A stretch of 52,173 nt of DNA. Origin: an uncultured Thiotrichales bacterium (GTDB lineage: Bacteria > Pseudomonadota > Gammaproteobacteria > UWMA-0217). Below the pieces are notes generated by a model. The model saw nothing but the letters and a program-made list of their open reading frames with translations, ran no database searches and was not told the DNA's origin. The position numbers and the translations under genes were made by a program. How positions within the stretch are numbered: position 1 is the stretch's first letter; each line of letters starts with the position of its first letter. Shown here piece after piece: positions 36,035 through 44,600 of the stretch. The stretch spans positions 1 to 52,173 of the forward strand of contig CAZTJP010000002.1 of the NCBI GenBank assembly GCA_964613895.1, read 5' to 3'.

Positions 36035-37037
36035 TTCGCCGCGCTGATCCCGCCGGCCTTGCTACGCCGTTCGGTGCGGCAAGGCCGGCATTTTCGAAAC
36101 AGCCCGCGGGAATCTCGGGCTGTTGGCCGAAGCCCCGCGCGGAAGCATCGAGCGCACAATCGCCAGCGAGCATCTTCAGTAATGGCGCCTGATGGTGGCG
36201 GGCCTGAACCTTGCCGCAAGCGTCGATACATTGCATGCACTGGGTACAGGTGAACATGTGGCGTTTGTAGCGACGGGGTTTGAGGCGCATGGGACAGGCG
36301 TGCTCGCAGGAGGCGTCGCATTCGGCGCAGGACCGTGCTCGGCTGCGGTCGAAAGCGACGACCATGGCTCGGCGGTTGCCCATCCATACCAGACTCTGAA
36401 ACAGGCCGATGGCGCAGCCAAAACGACAAAACAGATGGCGCGCGAATGTGAATTCCACGGTCAGCAGCAAAGTGGCGATGCCAATGAACAATGACTGGTT
36501 TCGACTGAGCGTGGCGTGAAACAGATTGGCATAGATTTCCCGGGGCGGCAGCAGGTAGGTGAGCAGAACCACTGCCCAGAGAAAGGCGAACAGCAGAGCG
36601 GCGGTGATGGCGGGCAACCACCATCGTCTGTGGGGAATGATCCGGATGCCATTCTGCTGGACGTCGGGCAGCGGGGCTTTGTCCCATAGCGAAAGTCGGC
36701 CGCTGGCGCGTCGCATCAGGCCATTGATGATTTCGACCACGGAGAAATGTGGACAAAGCCAGCCACAATAGAGTCGGCCCCATTTCCAGGCAACCAGGAT
36801 GCCGGCGCCGATGACCATCACGATGGGGAGCAGGAAACGGCTGAGCATGTTCCAGGCCATCTGTACCGATGATATTTCCCCGCTCCGATAGGCCGCCGTC
36901 CCCAGCAGCCAGGGATGGCGGAAGAAGATGAAATGATTCTGTTCCAGGTCGAAGCGGAACAGATCGAAAACCGGCGCCAGGATGAACAGCAGGAAAAATG
37001 CGCTTCGCCACAGCAGGCGTTGCTGCTGCATCGTCAT
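35994..37037 (-). CDS. Membrane-bound 4Fe-4S ferredoxin-type protein (CcoG/NapH/MauN-like, short form)
   Basis: Several TM helices. CGWLCPH and CRFGCAIGLFQ motifs, plus two ferredoxin clusters CAECDASCEHACP and CTQCMQCIDAC. It lacks the long C-terminal domain of full CcoG. The start is uncertain (37037 or 37103). Confidence 0.65.
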   Translation of the reverse strand: MTMQQQRLLWRSAFFLLFILAPVFDLFRFDLEQNHFIFFRHPWLLGTAAYRSGEISSVQMAWNMLSRFLLPIVMVIGAGILVAWKWGRLYCGWLCPHFSVVEIINGLMRRASGRLSLWDKAPLPDVQQNGIRIIPHRRWWLPAITAALLFAFLWAVVLLTYLLPPREIYANLFHATLSRNQSLFIGIATLLLTVEFTFARHLFCRFGCAIGLFQSLVWMGNRRAMVVAFDRSRARSCAECDASCEHACPMRLKPRRYKRHMFTCTQCMQCIDACGKVQARHHQAPLLKMLAGDCALDASARGFGQQPEIPAGCFENAGLAAPNGVARPAGSARRIRTPFRIRESSRK

Positions 37038-37096
37038 GGCGTGGATTCGTTCGAGGTGCTCATGGCGCAATGGTAGCGTTGCTGATCCGCCCCGCA

Positions 37097-37110
37097 TTGA
37101 CAAGTATCAA
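37097..37110. promoter_or_regulatory. FNR/DNR/NnrR-type box
   Basis: TTGACaagtATCAA against the consensus TTGAT-N4-ATCAA (1 mismatch). TAGAAT (-10-like) lies at 37134..37139, putting the box centre near -42, a class II geometry. It is upstream of norE-like 37162. Confidence 0.55.
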
Positions 37111-37161
37111 TGTCCGGCCGGTTGATGCATGCCTAGAATTCGGGTCTGAGCAGCGGATTCG

Positions 37162-37743
37162 ATGACAACAATGCCAACCGAAAATGAGCCGCGATTGTTG
37201 CCTGGCGATTTTGCCATCTGGATTTTCATTTTTGCCGAATTGCTGGTATTCGGCGTGGCGTTCGTCACCTATTCGGTCGTGCGTCTCCAGCATCTGGAGA
37301 TGTTCAATCACTATCAGTTGACGCTCAACCGGGCATTCGGTGCCATCAATACCGCACTGCTGATCACTGCCAGTTATTTCGTTGTTCGCGCGGTGCAATC
37401 GATCCATCACGACCGGGTGAGGCAGTGCATCGTCTGGCTGTATCTGGCACTTGGCTGCGGGATGGGCTTTCTGATTCTCAAGTCGCTGGAATTCCACCAG
37501 AAGTTTTCTCATGGTATCGGGCTGGGCAGCAACACTTTCTACATGTTCTATCTGTCGCTGACCTTTTTTCATTTCATGCACGTGATCCTCGGCATGATCA
37601 TCTTGCTGGCGGTGGCCATCAAGGCGAAACAGGGTCATTACAGCGCGCAGAATCCGGTTGGCGTCGAGACCGGCGCTTCCTACTGGCATATGGTGGATCT
37701 GGTATGGATCATTCTTTTTCCATTGGTGTACATCATTCGATGA
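37162..37743 (+). CDS. norE: Heme-copper oxidase subunit III-like protein (NorE/NirO-type)
   Basis: 193 aa with 5 TM. C-terminal YWHMVDLVWIILFPLVY is typical of subunit III. First gene of the norQ/norD operon. Confidence 0.75.
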   Translation: MTTMPTENEPRLLPGDFAIWIFIFAELLVFGVAFVTYSVVRLQHLEMFNHYQLTLNRAFGAINTALLITASYFVVRAVQSIHHDRVRQCIVWLYLALGCGMGFLILKSLEFHQKFSHGIGLGSNTFYMFYLSLTFFHFMHVILGMIILLAVAIKAKQGHYSAQNPVGVETGASYWHMVDLVWIILFPLVYIIR

Positions 37744-38009
37744 ACAGGCTCTATAACGTGCATACGCTGTGGCTGGTGATGCTGGCCCTGACATTGTCGA
37801 CCTATCTGATGGGGCGGCTGGGCCTGCACGGCCTCGGCATCGTCGGCTTTCTGTTGGCGACTTCGGTGATCAAGGGCACTTTCATCATCCGCGACTTCAT
37901 GGCCTTGCGGGGTGTGTCACTGCTCTGGCGGGTGATCATGTACGGCTGGCTGTGGGGTGTGTGCCTGACCATTTTGCTGTGCTATTGGCTGGGGGTGCGA
38001 TCATGGTAA
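37740..38009 (+). CDS. Small 3-TM membrane protein (NorF/NirP-like, oxidase subunit IV-like)
   Basis: The ATG overlaps the norE-like stop (ATGA). 89 aa, hydrophobic. Position matches norF/nirP. Confidence 0.5.
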   Translation: MNRLYNVHTLWLVMLALTLSTYLMGRLGLHGLGIVGFLLATSVIKGTFIIRDFMALRGVSLLWRVIMYGWLWGVCLTILLCYWLGVRSW

Positions 38010-38476
38010 CGGTGTATCCGGTGTTCGATGTCAGAACCCTGCCGCGTGTCGATATCGACTTCATGAACCGGACCCATCTCGAGGAAGTCGAACTGGTCAA
38101 CCAGGTTGGCGATATGATGCAGCGCTGGCAGTCCGCGTCATCGAATGCGAGCGGGTCAGTGCGCTCGATCGAGACGTTGCTGGATCACTGGCTCGAACAC
38201 GCCAGGGCACATTTCGCCCGTGAAAACGCGTTGATGCAGGAGTATGCATTTCCGGCACTGGCCGTGCATGCCGAGGAACACCGGGCAGCGCTGGCCTTGC
38301 TCCAGGAGCGGGTGAGTGACTGGCGTCGCGGGCACGATTTCGAGCCGCTGGAGCGTTTTGTCTTCCACCGCTGGCCCAAGTGGTTCAATAATCACGTGAT
38401 CACCATGGACATGATGACTGCGCGCTATGTCGTCATGAATGGCTATCACCCCTATTTGAGTGAAGATCCGGTATGA
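38003..38476 (+). CDS. Hemerythrin-like metal-binding protein
   Basis: Start ATG 38003 overlaps the previous gene by 7 nt. His/Glu ligand pattern: NRTHLEE, HWLEHARAHFARE, VHAEEH, HRWPKWFNNHVITMD. Confidence 0.7.
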   Translation: MVTVYPVFDVRTLPRVDIDFMNRTHLEEVELVNQVGDMMQRWQSASSNASGSVRSIETLLDHWLEHARAHFARENALMQEYAFPALAVHAEEHRAALALLQERVSDWRRGHDFEPLERFVFHRWPKWFNNHVITMDMMTARYVVMNGYHPYLSEDPV

Positions 38477-39264
38477 ACGACGATATACCTTTCTACCAGT
38501 GCCAGCGGGATGAAGTGGAATTGTTCCGTCACGCCTATGCGCATCAGCTGCCAGTGCTGATCAAGGGGCCAACCGGTTGCGGCAAGACCCGTTTCGTTCA
38601 GCACATGGCGGCGAAGCTTGGTCGACCTCTGTATACCGTCGCCTGCCATGACGATCTGACCGCTGCGGATCTGGTCGGGCGTCATCTGATCGGAGAGGGC
38701 GAGACCTACTGGCAGGACGGACCGTTGACACGGGCGGTTCGTGAGGGCGCGATCTGTTACCTGGACGAGATCGTCGAGGCGCGCAAGGACACCACGGTGG
38801 TTTTGCATCCACTGTCCGACGACCGGCGGATACTGCCCATCGAGCGCAGCGGCGAGTTGTTGCAGGCGCCGCCGGAATTCATGCTGGTGGTTTCCTACAA
38901 TCCGGGGTACCAGAACCTGCTCAAGGGTATGAAGCCCTCGACCCGGCAGCGTTTCGTCGCCTTGCGTTTCGATTATCCCCGGCCGGATGACGAGCAGGCG
39001 ATCGTATGCCGGGAAAGTGGTATCGAGCCTGCCATGGCGCAGCGGCTGATCGAACTGGCGCAGGCTTTGCGCGCACTCAAGGATCATGATCTGGAAGAAT
39101 CCGCATCGACCCGCTTGCTGGTGTATGCGGCAACCTTGATCCGTTCGGGCTGCGATCCGATCAGTGCCTGCCGAGCTGCCATCGTCGAGCCGCTGACCGA
39201 TGAGGAAGAGACTGTCGAGGCCCTGATGGCAGTGGTTGTCGCCAAGTGGGGGGAGGCGGCATGA
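38473..39264 (+). CDS. norQ: MoxR-class AAA+ ATPase, CbbQ/NirQ/NorQ family
   Basis: 263 aa. Walker A GPTGCGKT, CHDDLTAADLVGR, Walker B CYLDEIVEA. ATGA overlap with the hemerythrin gene. Confidence 0.9.
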   Translation: MNDDIPFYQCQRDEVELFRHAYAHQLPVLIKGPTGCGKTRFVQHMAAKLGRPLYTVACHDDLTAADLVGRHLIGEGETYWQDGPLTRAVREGAICYLDEIVEARKDTTVVLHPLSDDRRILPIERSGELLQAPPEFMLVVSYNPGYQNLLKGMKPSTRQRFVALRFDYPRPDDEQAIVCRESGIEPAMAQRLIELAQALRALKDHDLEESASTRLLVYAATLIRSGCDPISACRAAIVEPLTDEEETVEALMAVVVAKWGEAA

Positions 39265-39455
39265 ATCCGCTGCGGTGCCGCCATTGCGATGGGTACGTGC
39301 AACGCGGCCAGGCGCAGTGTCCACATTGCGGCATGCCATTGCCGCCGGCCAGCCGCATACCGATCCATCGAAGATTCCTGCTGTTCTTCGTCGCGCTGGT
39401 GGTTTTCGCCATGATCATGATGCTGTGGTTGCCGCCCGACTGGGCCGGACGCTAA
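39261..39455 (+). CDS. Small zinc-ribbon protein with a C-terminal TM helix
   Basis: The ATG overlaps the norQ stop (ATGA). MNPLRCRHCDGYV...CPHCGMPL (CxxC-N12-CxxC), then FLLFFVALVVFAMIMMLWL. 64 aa. Confidence 0.5.
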   Translation: MNPLRCRHCDGYVQRGQAQCPHCGMPLPPASRIPIHRRFLLFFVALVVFAMIMMLWLPPDWAGR

Positions 39456-39480
39456 ATGTGATTTGAATCACTGAGTAAGA

Positions 39481-41316
39481 ATGGAAGAATTCATTGGCAA
39501 GATCTGGCATCGATTCGTCACCTCGCGGGCGGAACGCGAATATCCGGCGGCAGCGGTCGAACTGGACGAGATTCGCAGGACGATCGGGATTTTCTTTCGA
39601 GCACTGGGCGGGGCAGGGGGGTTGCGTGTCGAGACTTCGACCCGTTCGTCGATGAACGCACGGCGGTCGTTGCTGGAGCGCATCGCCGGGACTGGCAAGA
39701 CTGTTCATTATGCCTGGCGGGATGAAGAAACGTTGCGGCTGCCCCAGCGGATTGCGCTGTTTCCGGAACGGGCGCGCAACCGCGATCTCTATTTCTGGCT
39801 GACCGCCTTGTCGGTCGTACCGGCCCGGGGTTCGGACTGGATTCGACGTAATCAGAGCCGTACCCGGGCGGTGCTGGCGGCCTGGCCGGGTCTGTCACCC
39901 TGTTATCGGCGACTGTTGGCAGCGCATTTGCAGCAGCGTCCCGATCCGGCCACTTTGCCGGCCGATGAAGCGGCCCAGGAAACGGCGATTCGCAGGGCAT
40001 TGCAGGATTTCGATTGCAAGGTCCAATTACGTTACGCCAGATATCCTCCAAGACCGGTGCCATTGTGGTTGCATCCGGCGCCACCTGTGGCGGAGCCCGG
40101 GACCGTACCCGTCGATCCCGATACGCCGGCGCAACAGAAGCCATCCAGTGGCGGTGGGCCACAGCAGCGGTCGAAGCAGCGTAAACGGGCCGAGCGGGTG
40201 GATGCGCCAGCGGGCAAGGATGGGCTGATGAGCTTCCGGCTCGAGAGCCTGTGGAGTTGGGCGGAATATTCTCGGCTCGACCGGGCGACCAGCGAGGAGG
40301 ATGACGATGATGCCATGCGCACCGCGGAGGATCTCGATTTTCTGTCGCTGGCGCGTGACAGCCAGCCCGGCAAGAGCCGGATTCGGCTGGATCTCGATCT
40401 GCCGGCCAGCGCCTGGGATGACATCGTGCTGGCGGCAGGCATTCCAGTGGATGAATGGGATTACCGCCAGCAGCGGTTGTTGAAGGGGCATTGCCGCTTG
40501 CAGCGGATGACAGCACGCCATGTCGATGATGTGGCGCTGCCAGCCCGCTTGCAGCCGCAGGCGCGGCGGATTCGTCGGCAGTTCGAGATGTTACGACCTC
40601 AGCGCCGCTGGGTGGGGCGCCAGAACGACGGTTCGGAAGTCGATTTGGAAAATTATCTTCGTTTTCTGACTGATCGCCGTCTGGGGCAGGTCGCCAGTGA
40701 TTTTCCGGTCTATCGGGCTTTGCAGCGGCAGCAGCGGGATCTGGCCTGTCTGTTGCTGGCGGATTTGTCATTGTCCACCGATACCTATGTCAATGATGAG
40801 GCGCGGGTCATCGATGTGATCCGGGATGGATTGCACTTGTTTTCGGAGGCGCTGAATGCGACCGGGGACCGCTTTGCATTGCACGGGTTTTCATCGCGTC
40901 ATCGGAATCACGTTCGTTTCTATACGATCAAGTCATTCGATGAACCGCTGGGGGATGCGGTGCGCGGGCGCATCAATGCGGTCAAGCCCGGCTACTATAC
41001 GCGGATGGGGGCGGCGATTCGTTACGCTACCGGTTTGCTGGCGCAGCAGCCTGCGGCTGACAAGCTGCTGTTGATGCTGACGGATGGCAAGCCGAATGAT
41101 CTCGATCGTTACGAGGGACGTTACGGAATCGAGGATACACGCCAGGCGGTATTGGAGGCGGAACGACAGGGCCTGCAACCTTTTTGTGTGACGGTGGATG
41201 AGCGGGCAGAGGATTATCTGCCCTATCTGTTTGGCAGCCGGTCGTGGGTACTGATCCGTGATGCCAGCGAGTTACCGCGCAAGTTACCCTTGTTGTACCT
41301 GCGACTCACCCGTTGA
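39481..41316 (+). CDS. norD: vWA-domain partner of NorQ (NorD-type)
   Basis: 611 aa. C-terminal vWA domain with MIDAS LLADLSLSTD (DxSxS) and LLMLTDGKPND. The size fits NorD rather than the larger CbbO. Confidence 0.8.
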   Translation: MEEFIGKIWHRFVTSRAEREYPAAAVELDEIRRTIGIFFRALGGAGGLRVETSTRSSMNARRSLLERIAGTGKTVHYAWRDEETLRLPQRIALFPERARNRDLYFWLTALSVVPARGSDWIRRNQSRTRAVLAAWPGLSPCYRRLLAAHLQQRPDPATLPADEAAQETAIRRALQDFDCKVQLRYARYPPRPVPLWLHPAPPVAEPGTVPVDPDTPAQQKPSSGGGPQQRSKQRKRAERVDAPAGKDGLMSFRLESLWSWAEYSRLDRATSEEDDDDAMRTAEDLDFLSLARDSQPGKSRIRLDLDLPASAWDDIVLAAGIPVDEWDYRQQRLLKGHCRLQRMTARHVDDVALPARLQPQARRIRRQFEMLRPQRRWVGRQNDGSEVDLENYLRFLTDRRLGQVASDFPVYRALQRQQRDLACLLLADLSLSTDTYVNDEARVIDVIRDGLHLFSEALNATGDRFALHGFSSRHRNHVRFYTIKSFDEPLGDAVRGRINAVKPGYYTRMGAAIRYATGLLAQQPAADKLLLMLTDGKPNDLDRYEGRYGIEDTRQAVLEAERQGLQPFCVTVDERAEDYLPYLFGSRSWVLIRDASELPRKLPLLYLRLTR

Positions 41317-41354
41317 AGCACGCCACCTCAGAAAAGTAATACGGGCGGCGTGCT
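41317..41354. terminator. Hairpin between the convergent norD and small ORF (no T-tract)
   Basis: agcacgcc (41317..41324) pairs with ggcgtgct (41347..41354) across a 22-nt loop. It overlaps the 3' end of the minus-strand small ORF. Confidence 0.3.
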
Positions 41355-41615
41355 GATGGGTTGGATCACTGGCCGGGGGCGCAACAGTATCTGGTTGGCT
41401 GGCTGGCCGGCGATGGTCGTTCGGTGGCGTGGCTGGAGCAGTTCGAAGCGCCTTGGGGGCTCGGGATGCCTGGTTCCGGCATTCAGGCCGTACCGGGATG
41501 GATCGAGGGGTGTCGTTTGTTGTTCATGGGTGTTGCCAAGGTTGACCTGATATCCGTGCAATACCAGGGGGGTGCTGATCAACAGGGCTGCCAGCACTGT
41601 TTTTGTGGAGTGCAT
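41328..41615 (-). CDS. Small secreted Pro-rich protein, last gene of cellulose locus 2
   Basis: ATG (41615..41613) overlaps the bcsC stop by 1 nt (TAATG), with GGAGG 7 nt upstream. Signal peptide MHSTKTVLAALLISTPLVLHG. The mature part is Pro/Gln/Arg-rich. Confidence 0.55.
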   Translation of the reverse strand: MHSTKTVLAALLISTPLVLHGYQVNLGNTHEQQTTPLDPSRYGLNAGTRHPEPPRRFELLQPRHRTTIAGQPANQILLRPRPVIQPISTPPVLLF

Positions 41616-44600
41616 TACCAAACCTCCGGAGTCTCGAACTTTTTGCCGGGAAAGGCTTCTTTCGACGAGACCGGGTTCCAGAAGTATCGAAGAAAGACGC
41701 CTGCCGCGGATTCTTTGAAGTTGTTCGTGTCAGTCAGCGAGGCCCATGCTCCGAGGGCCAGCCGCTGGTCGGGAGAATACCCGATTTCACCCCGGAGAGT
41801 ATAGACGGCTGAAGACTTTTCTGCAGCGGGACGGCTGGTGACCACATTGGGGTCGCTGGTGGCGCGATCGTCGAGTTGCCGTTGCAGTGCCGGATCGTTC
41901 GGGAAAACGGGGCTGATGGGTCGGGAATAACGTTGCATGCCGACGGCAGCGTTGAGGCTGAGACTCAGTGGCCCGCGGGTTTGCCGCCAATCGAAGGGAA
42001 TCCGAATCGCCAGATAGTCGTCGGGGCTGAAGTACCCGCCCTGGCCGAGGGTGAAGCCATCGAGATTGCGCTGGTAGTCCTGATATTCCAGTTGCAGGCC
42101 AATGCTGGCTTGTCGCTCGTCCTGCGATAGCAGGGGCCACTGGAGTCCACCATCGAGCCGCAGCTGGGCATTGTCGCGTACATGCTTGCCTGTCAGGCGG
42201 GCGACACTGAAACGGGAGTAGAGCGTGCTGGTCTCGCTGGGAAGCACCACGCCCAGTTCGGCGCTGGTGCGGCTGACACCGCCCCATTTGTGGCCGGTTA
42301 GCGGGTCGATGGCGCCAGCGTAGGCGAGCAGCGACTCGCGCACGGGCCGCCGGGACACCGTGCCGGATACCTGATAGCCGAAATCGTAATGGCGCCAGCT
42401 CAGTCCGCCATAGGCCTGCCGGACCGGGAAGGTCGACGGTGTCAGGCGCAGATCGGCGCTGAGATTGTCGCTGTGATAGGCGATGCCGGGACTGAATCCG
42501 CTGTAGCGATGCTCGATGCCACGGGTATCCGGGGTACTGTCGGACAGGATGAGCGACCCGTATTGCGATGCCTGGTTCGCCGAGAGTTGTCCACTGTCGA
42601 GTTGCAGGTGGCGCAGTTCGAGGGTGAGTTTCCCATCCCGGGGTTTCGCTATCTCCAGACTCACAGGCAGGACACGTTCTTCCAGTCTATCCAGTCCATG
42701 CTGCTCGCCGCGTGTCCGAATGGCCAGGCCTGTGCCAGCCGTCGGCAGACGATGGTCGATGACGCTGTCCAGCAATGTTCGAGTCCGGTCGCGCCAGTGC
42801 GGGGGCAGGTCTTCGGCGTTGTCTGCGCGGGCCAGCGCCTTTTCCAGATCATGCCGGGCTTTTGCTTTTTGCTGCCGCAACAGCGCCAGCCGGGCTTTCC
42901 CGGCCAGCAGACGAGGGTGGTCGGGGTGGCGCTGCAAGGCGCGCTGGTTGATCTGCTCGGCCAGCCGGAACTGTTTCAGTGTCATGGCGGCGCCAAAGGC
43001 GCCGGCAGCAGCATCGATACTGTCCGGATCCCGCCGCAGCACATCCTGAAACAGGGTCAGTGCCTTGCGGTCCTGATGTGTCGCTTGCAGGCCAGCGGCC
43101 AGCGCCAGCTTGAAATCGGGGTTGTTGCTGTAGTCCTGTTTCAGCGGCTCGAGCAATGCAAGGGCCTTTTCCGCCTGGCCCCGGGCCAGCCATGTTCGCG
43201 CTCGGGTCAACGCTGCGGACAGGCGCATGGCTGCGACGGCTTCGGTTTGTGCCGCATCGAGCGTCGAGGTGTTTAGCAGTCGCGTGACCAGCGCGTCGAA
43301 TTCCGGCCATTGTTGCGTCTTGAGCAACAGGTCGGCATAGCGTACCCACAATCCCGGATCCGCGTCATGCGTCAGCATGTGACTGGCCTGGTGCGCGGCT
43401 TCGACACCGGCTTCACGTTGCCCGAGCCGAATCAGCAGGTCGGCCCGGTGCAGCGCGATGCGTGGAAAGCGCGCGCTCAGTGGCTGCATCCGCTCGGCCA
43501 GCACCCGGGCAGCCGGTTTGTCTCCGGCCCGGAGACGGGTCAGCGCTTGCTGGTAATCGAGTTCCCCCTGGGCTTGATCGAGCAGTCGTTGCATGGGGTA
43601 ACTGCGACTCGATTCGGGAATTTGGGACAGCTCGGCCTGAACGGCGGGCCAGTTGGCAAGCCCCGCCTCGAACAGCGCCAAGGCATAATGCGCGCTGCCA
43701 TCCTCATCCGGCAGTGTCCGCAACGGCTCCATCACTTTCCGGGCTTCCGTCTTGCGGTTCAGCCGAACCAGAGTGCGGGCCAGGTCGAGGTGCAACCAGG
43801 GGTTGTCGGCATCCAGCGCCAATGCCTGACGCAACAACGTCTCGCTCTGGTGGGGATCCTGGCTGAGGTTCGCCCGGGTACGAAGCCGGGTGGCCTTGAG
43901 ACGATCCCGGGCCCGTTCATACTGGTCGGTGGGCAAGTGGTATTTCTTCAGCAAGGTGGTGGCTTGTCGGTCGTCACCCAGATTGATGAAGGCATCGATC
44001 AGGCCGGCCTGGGCGGTCTTGTTGCGCGAATCCTTTTGCAGGACCCGTTCGAAATAGTCGGCGGCGACACCGAAATCCCGGTTCCAGGAGGCTATCTGGG
44101 CGCGAAAGAGCAAGACTTCCATTTGTTCCGGGCGCTCTTTCAGCAAGCTCTCGATGATCTGTCGTGCGCGTTTCGATTCGCCGATATCGAAGAGATGGTT
44201 CGCCCAGTGATACCGCCGCCAGAAACGGGCATCATCGATGGCCGGGCGCAGCGATTGTTCTTTGCGCTTGTCGGCGCGGATGGCTTGTTCCAGCAGCCGT
44301 TCGGCTTTGCGGTAGCGGTGTTGTCTGAGCCGTACCAGTCCCAGGCCTTCGAGGGCATCGGCCCGTTTGGGTTGTTTTTTCAACATGGCGGCGAAACCCC
44401 GCGCCGCGTGTTTCAGGTCACCTTTCTCGAGCAGTGCAAAGGCGCCCTCCGGTGTTTCGTCGATGGGTATCGTCAGTTGTGCATAACGGTGGCGGATTTG
44501 TGGAAAGCGGGATTGTGGATACCGGGTGAGAAAATGCTGGTACAACGGCGCATCGCTGCGGCGGGCATGCAGCCAGAGCAAGGCATCTTTCCAGGCAGCC

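Noticed and set aside
38473-41316. The alternative call of the AAA+/vWA pair as the RuBisCO activase CbbQ/CbbO.
   Set aside because: No RuBisCO or carboxysome genes are adjacent. The vWA partner is 611 aa, which is NorD-sized, whereas CbbO is usually much longer. The operon begins with oxidase subunit III/IV-like genes and has an FNR/DNR box. This is not fully excluded without a phylogeny.
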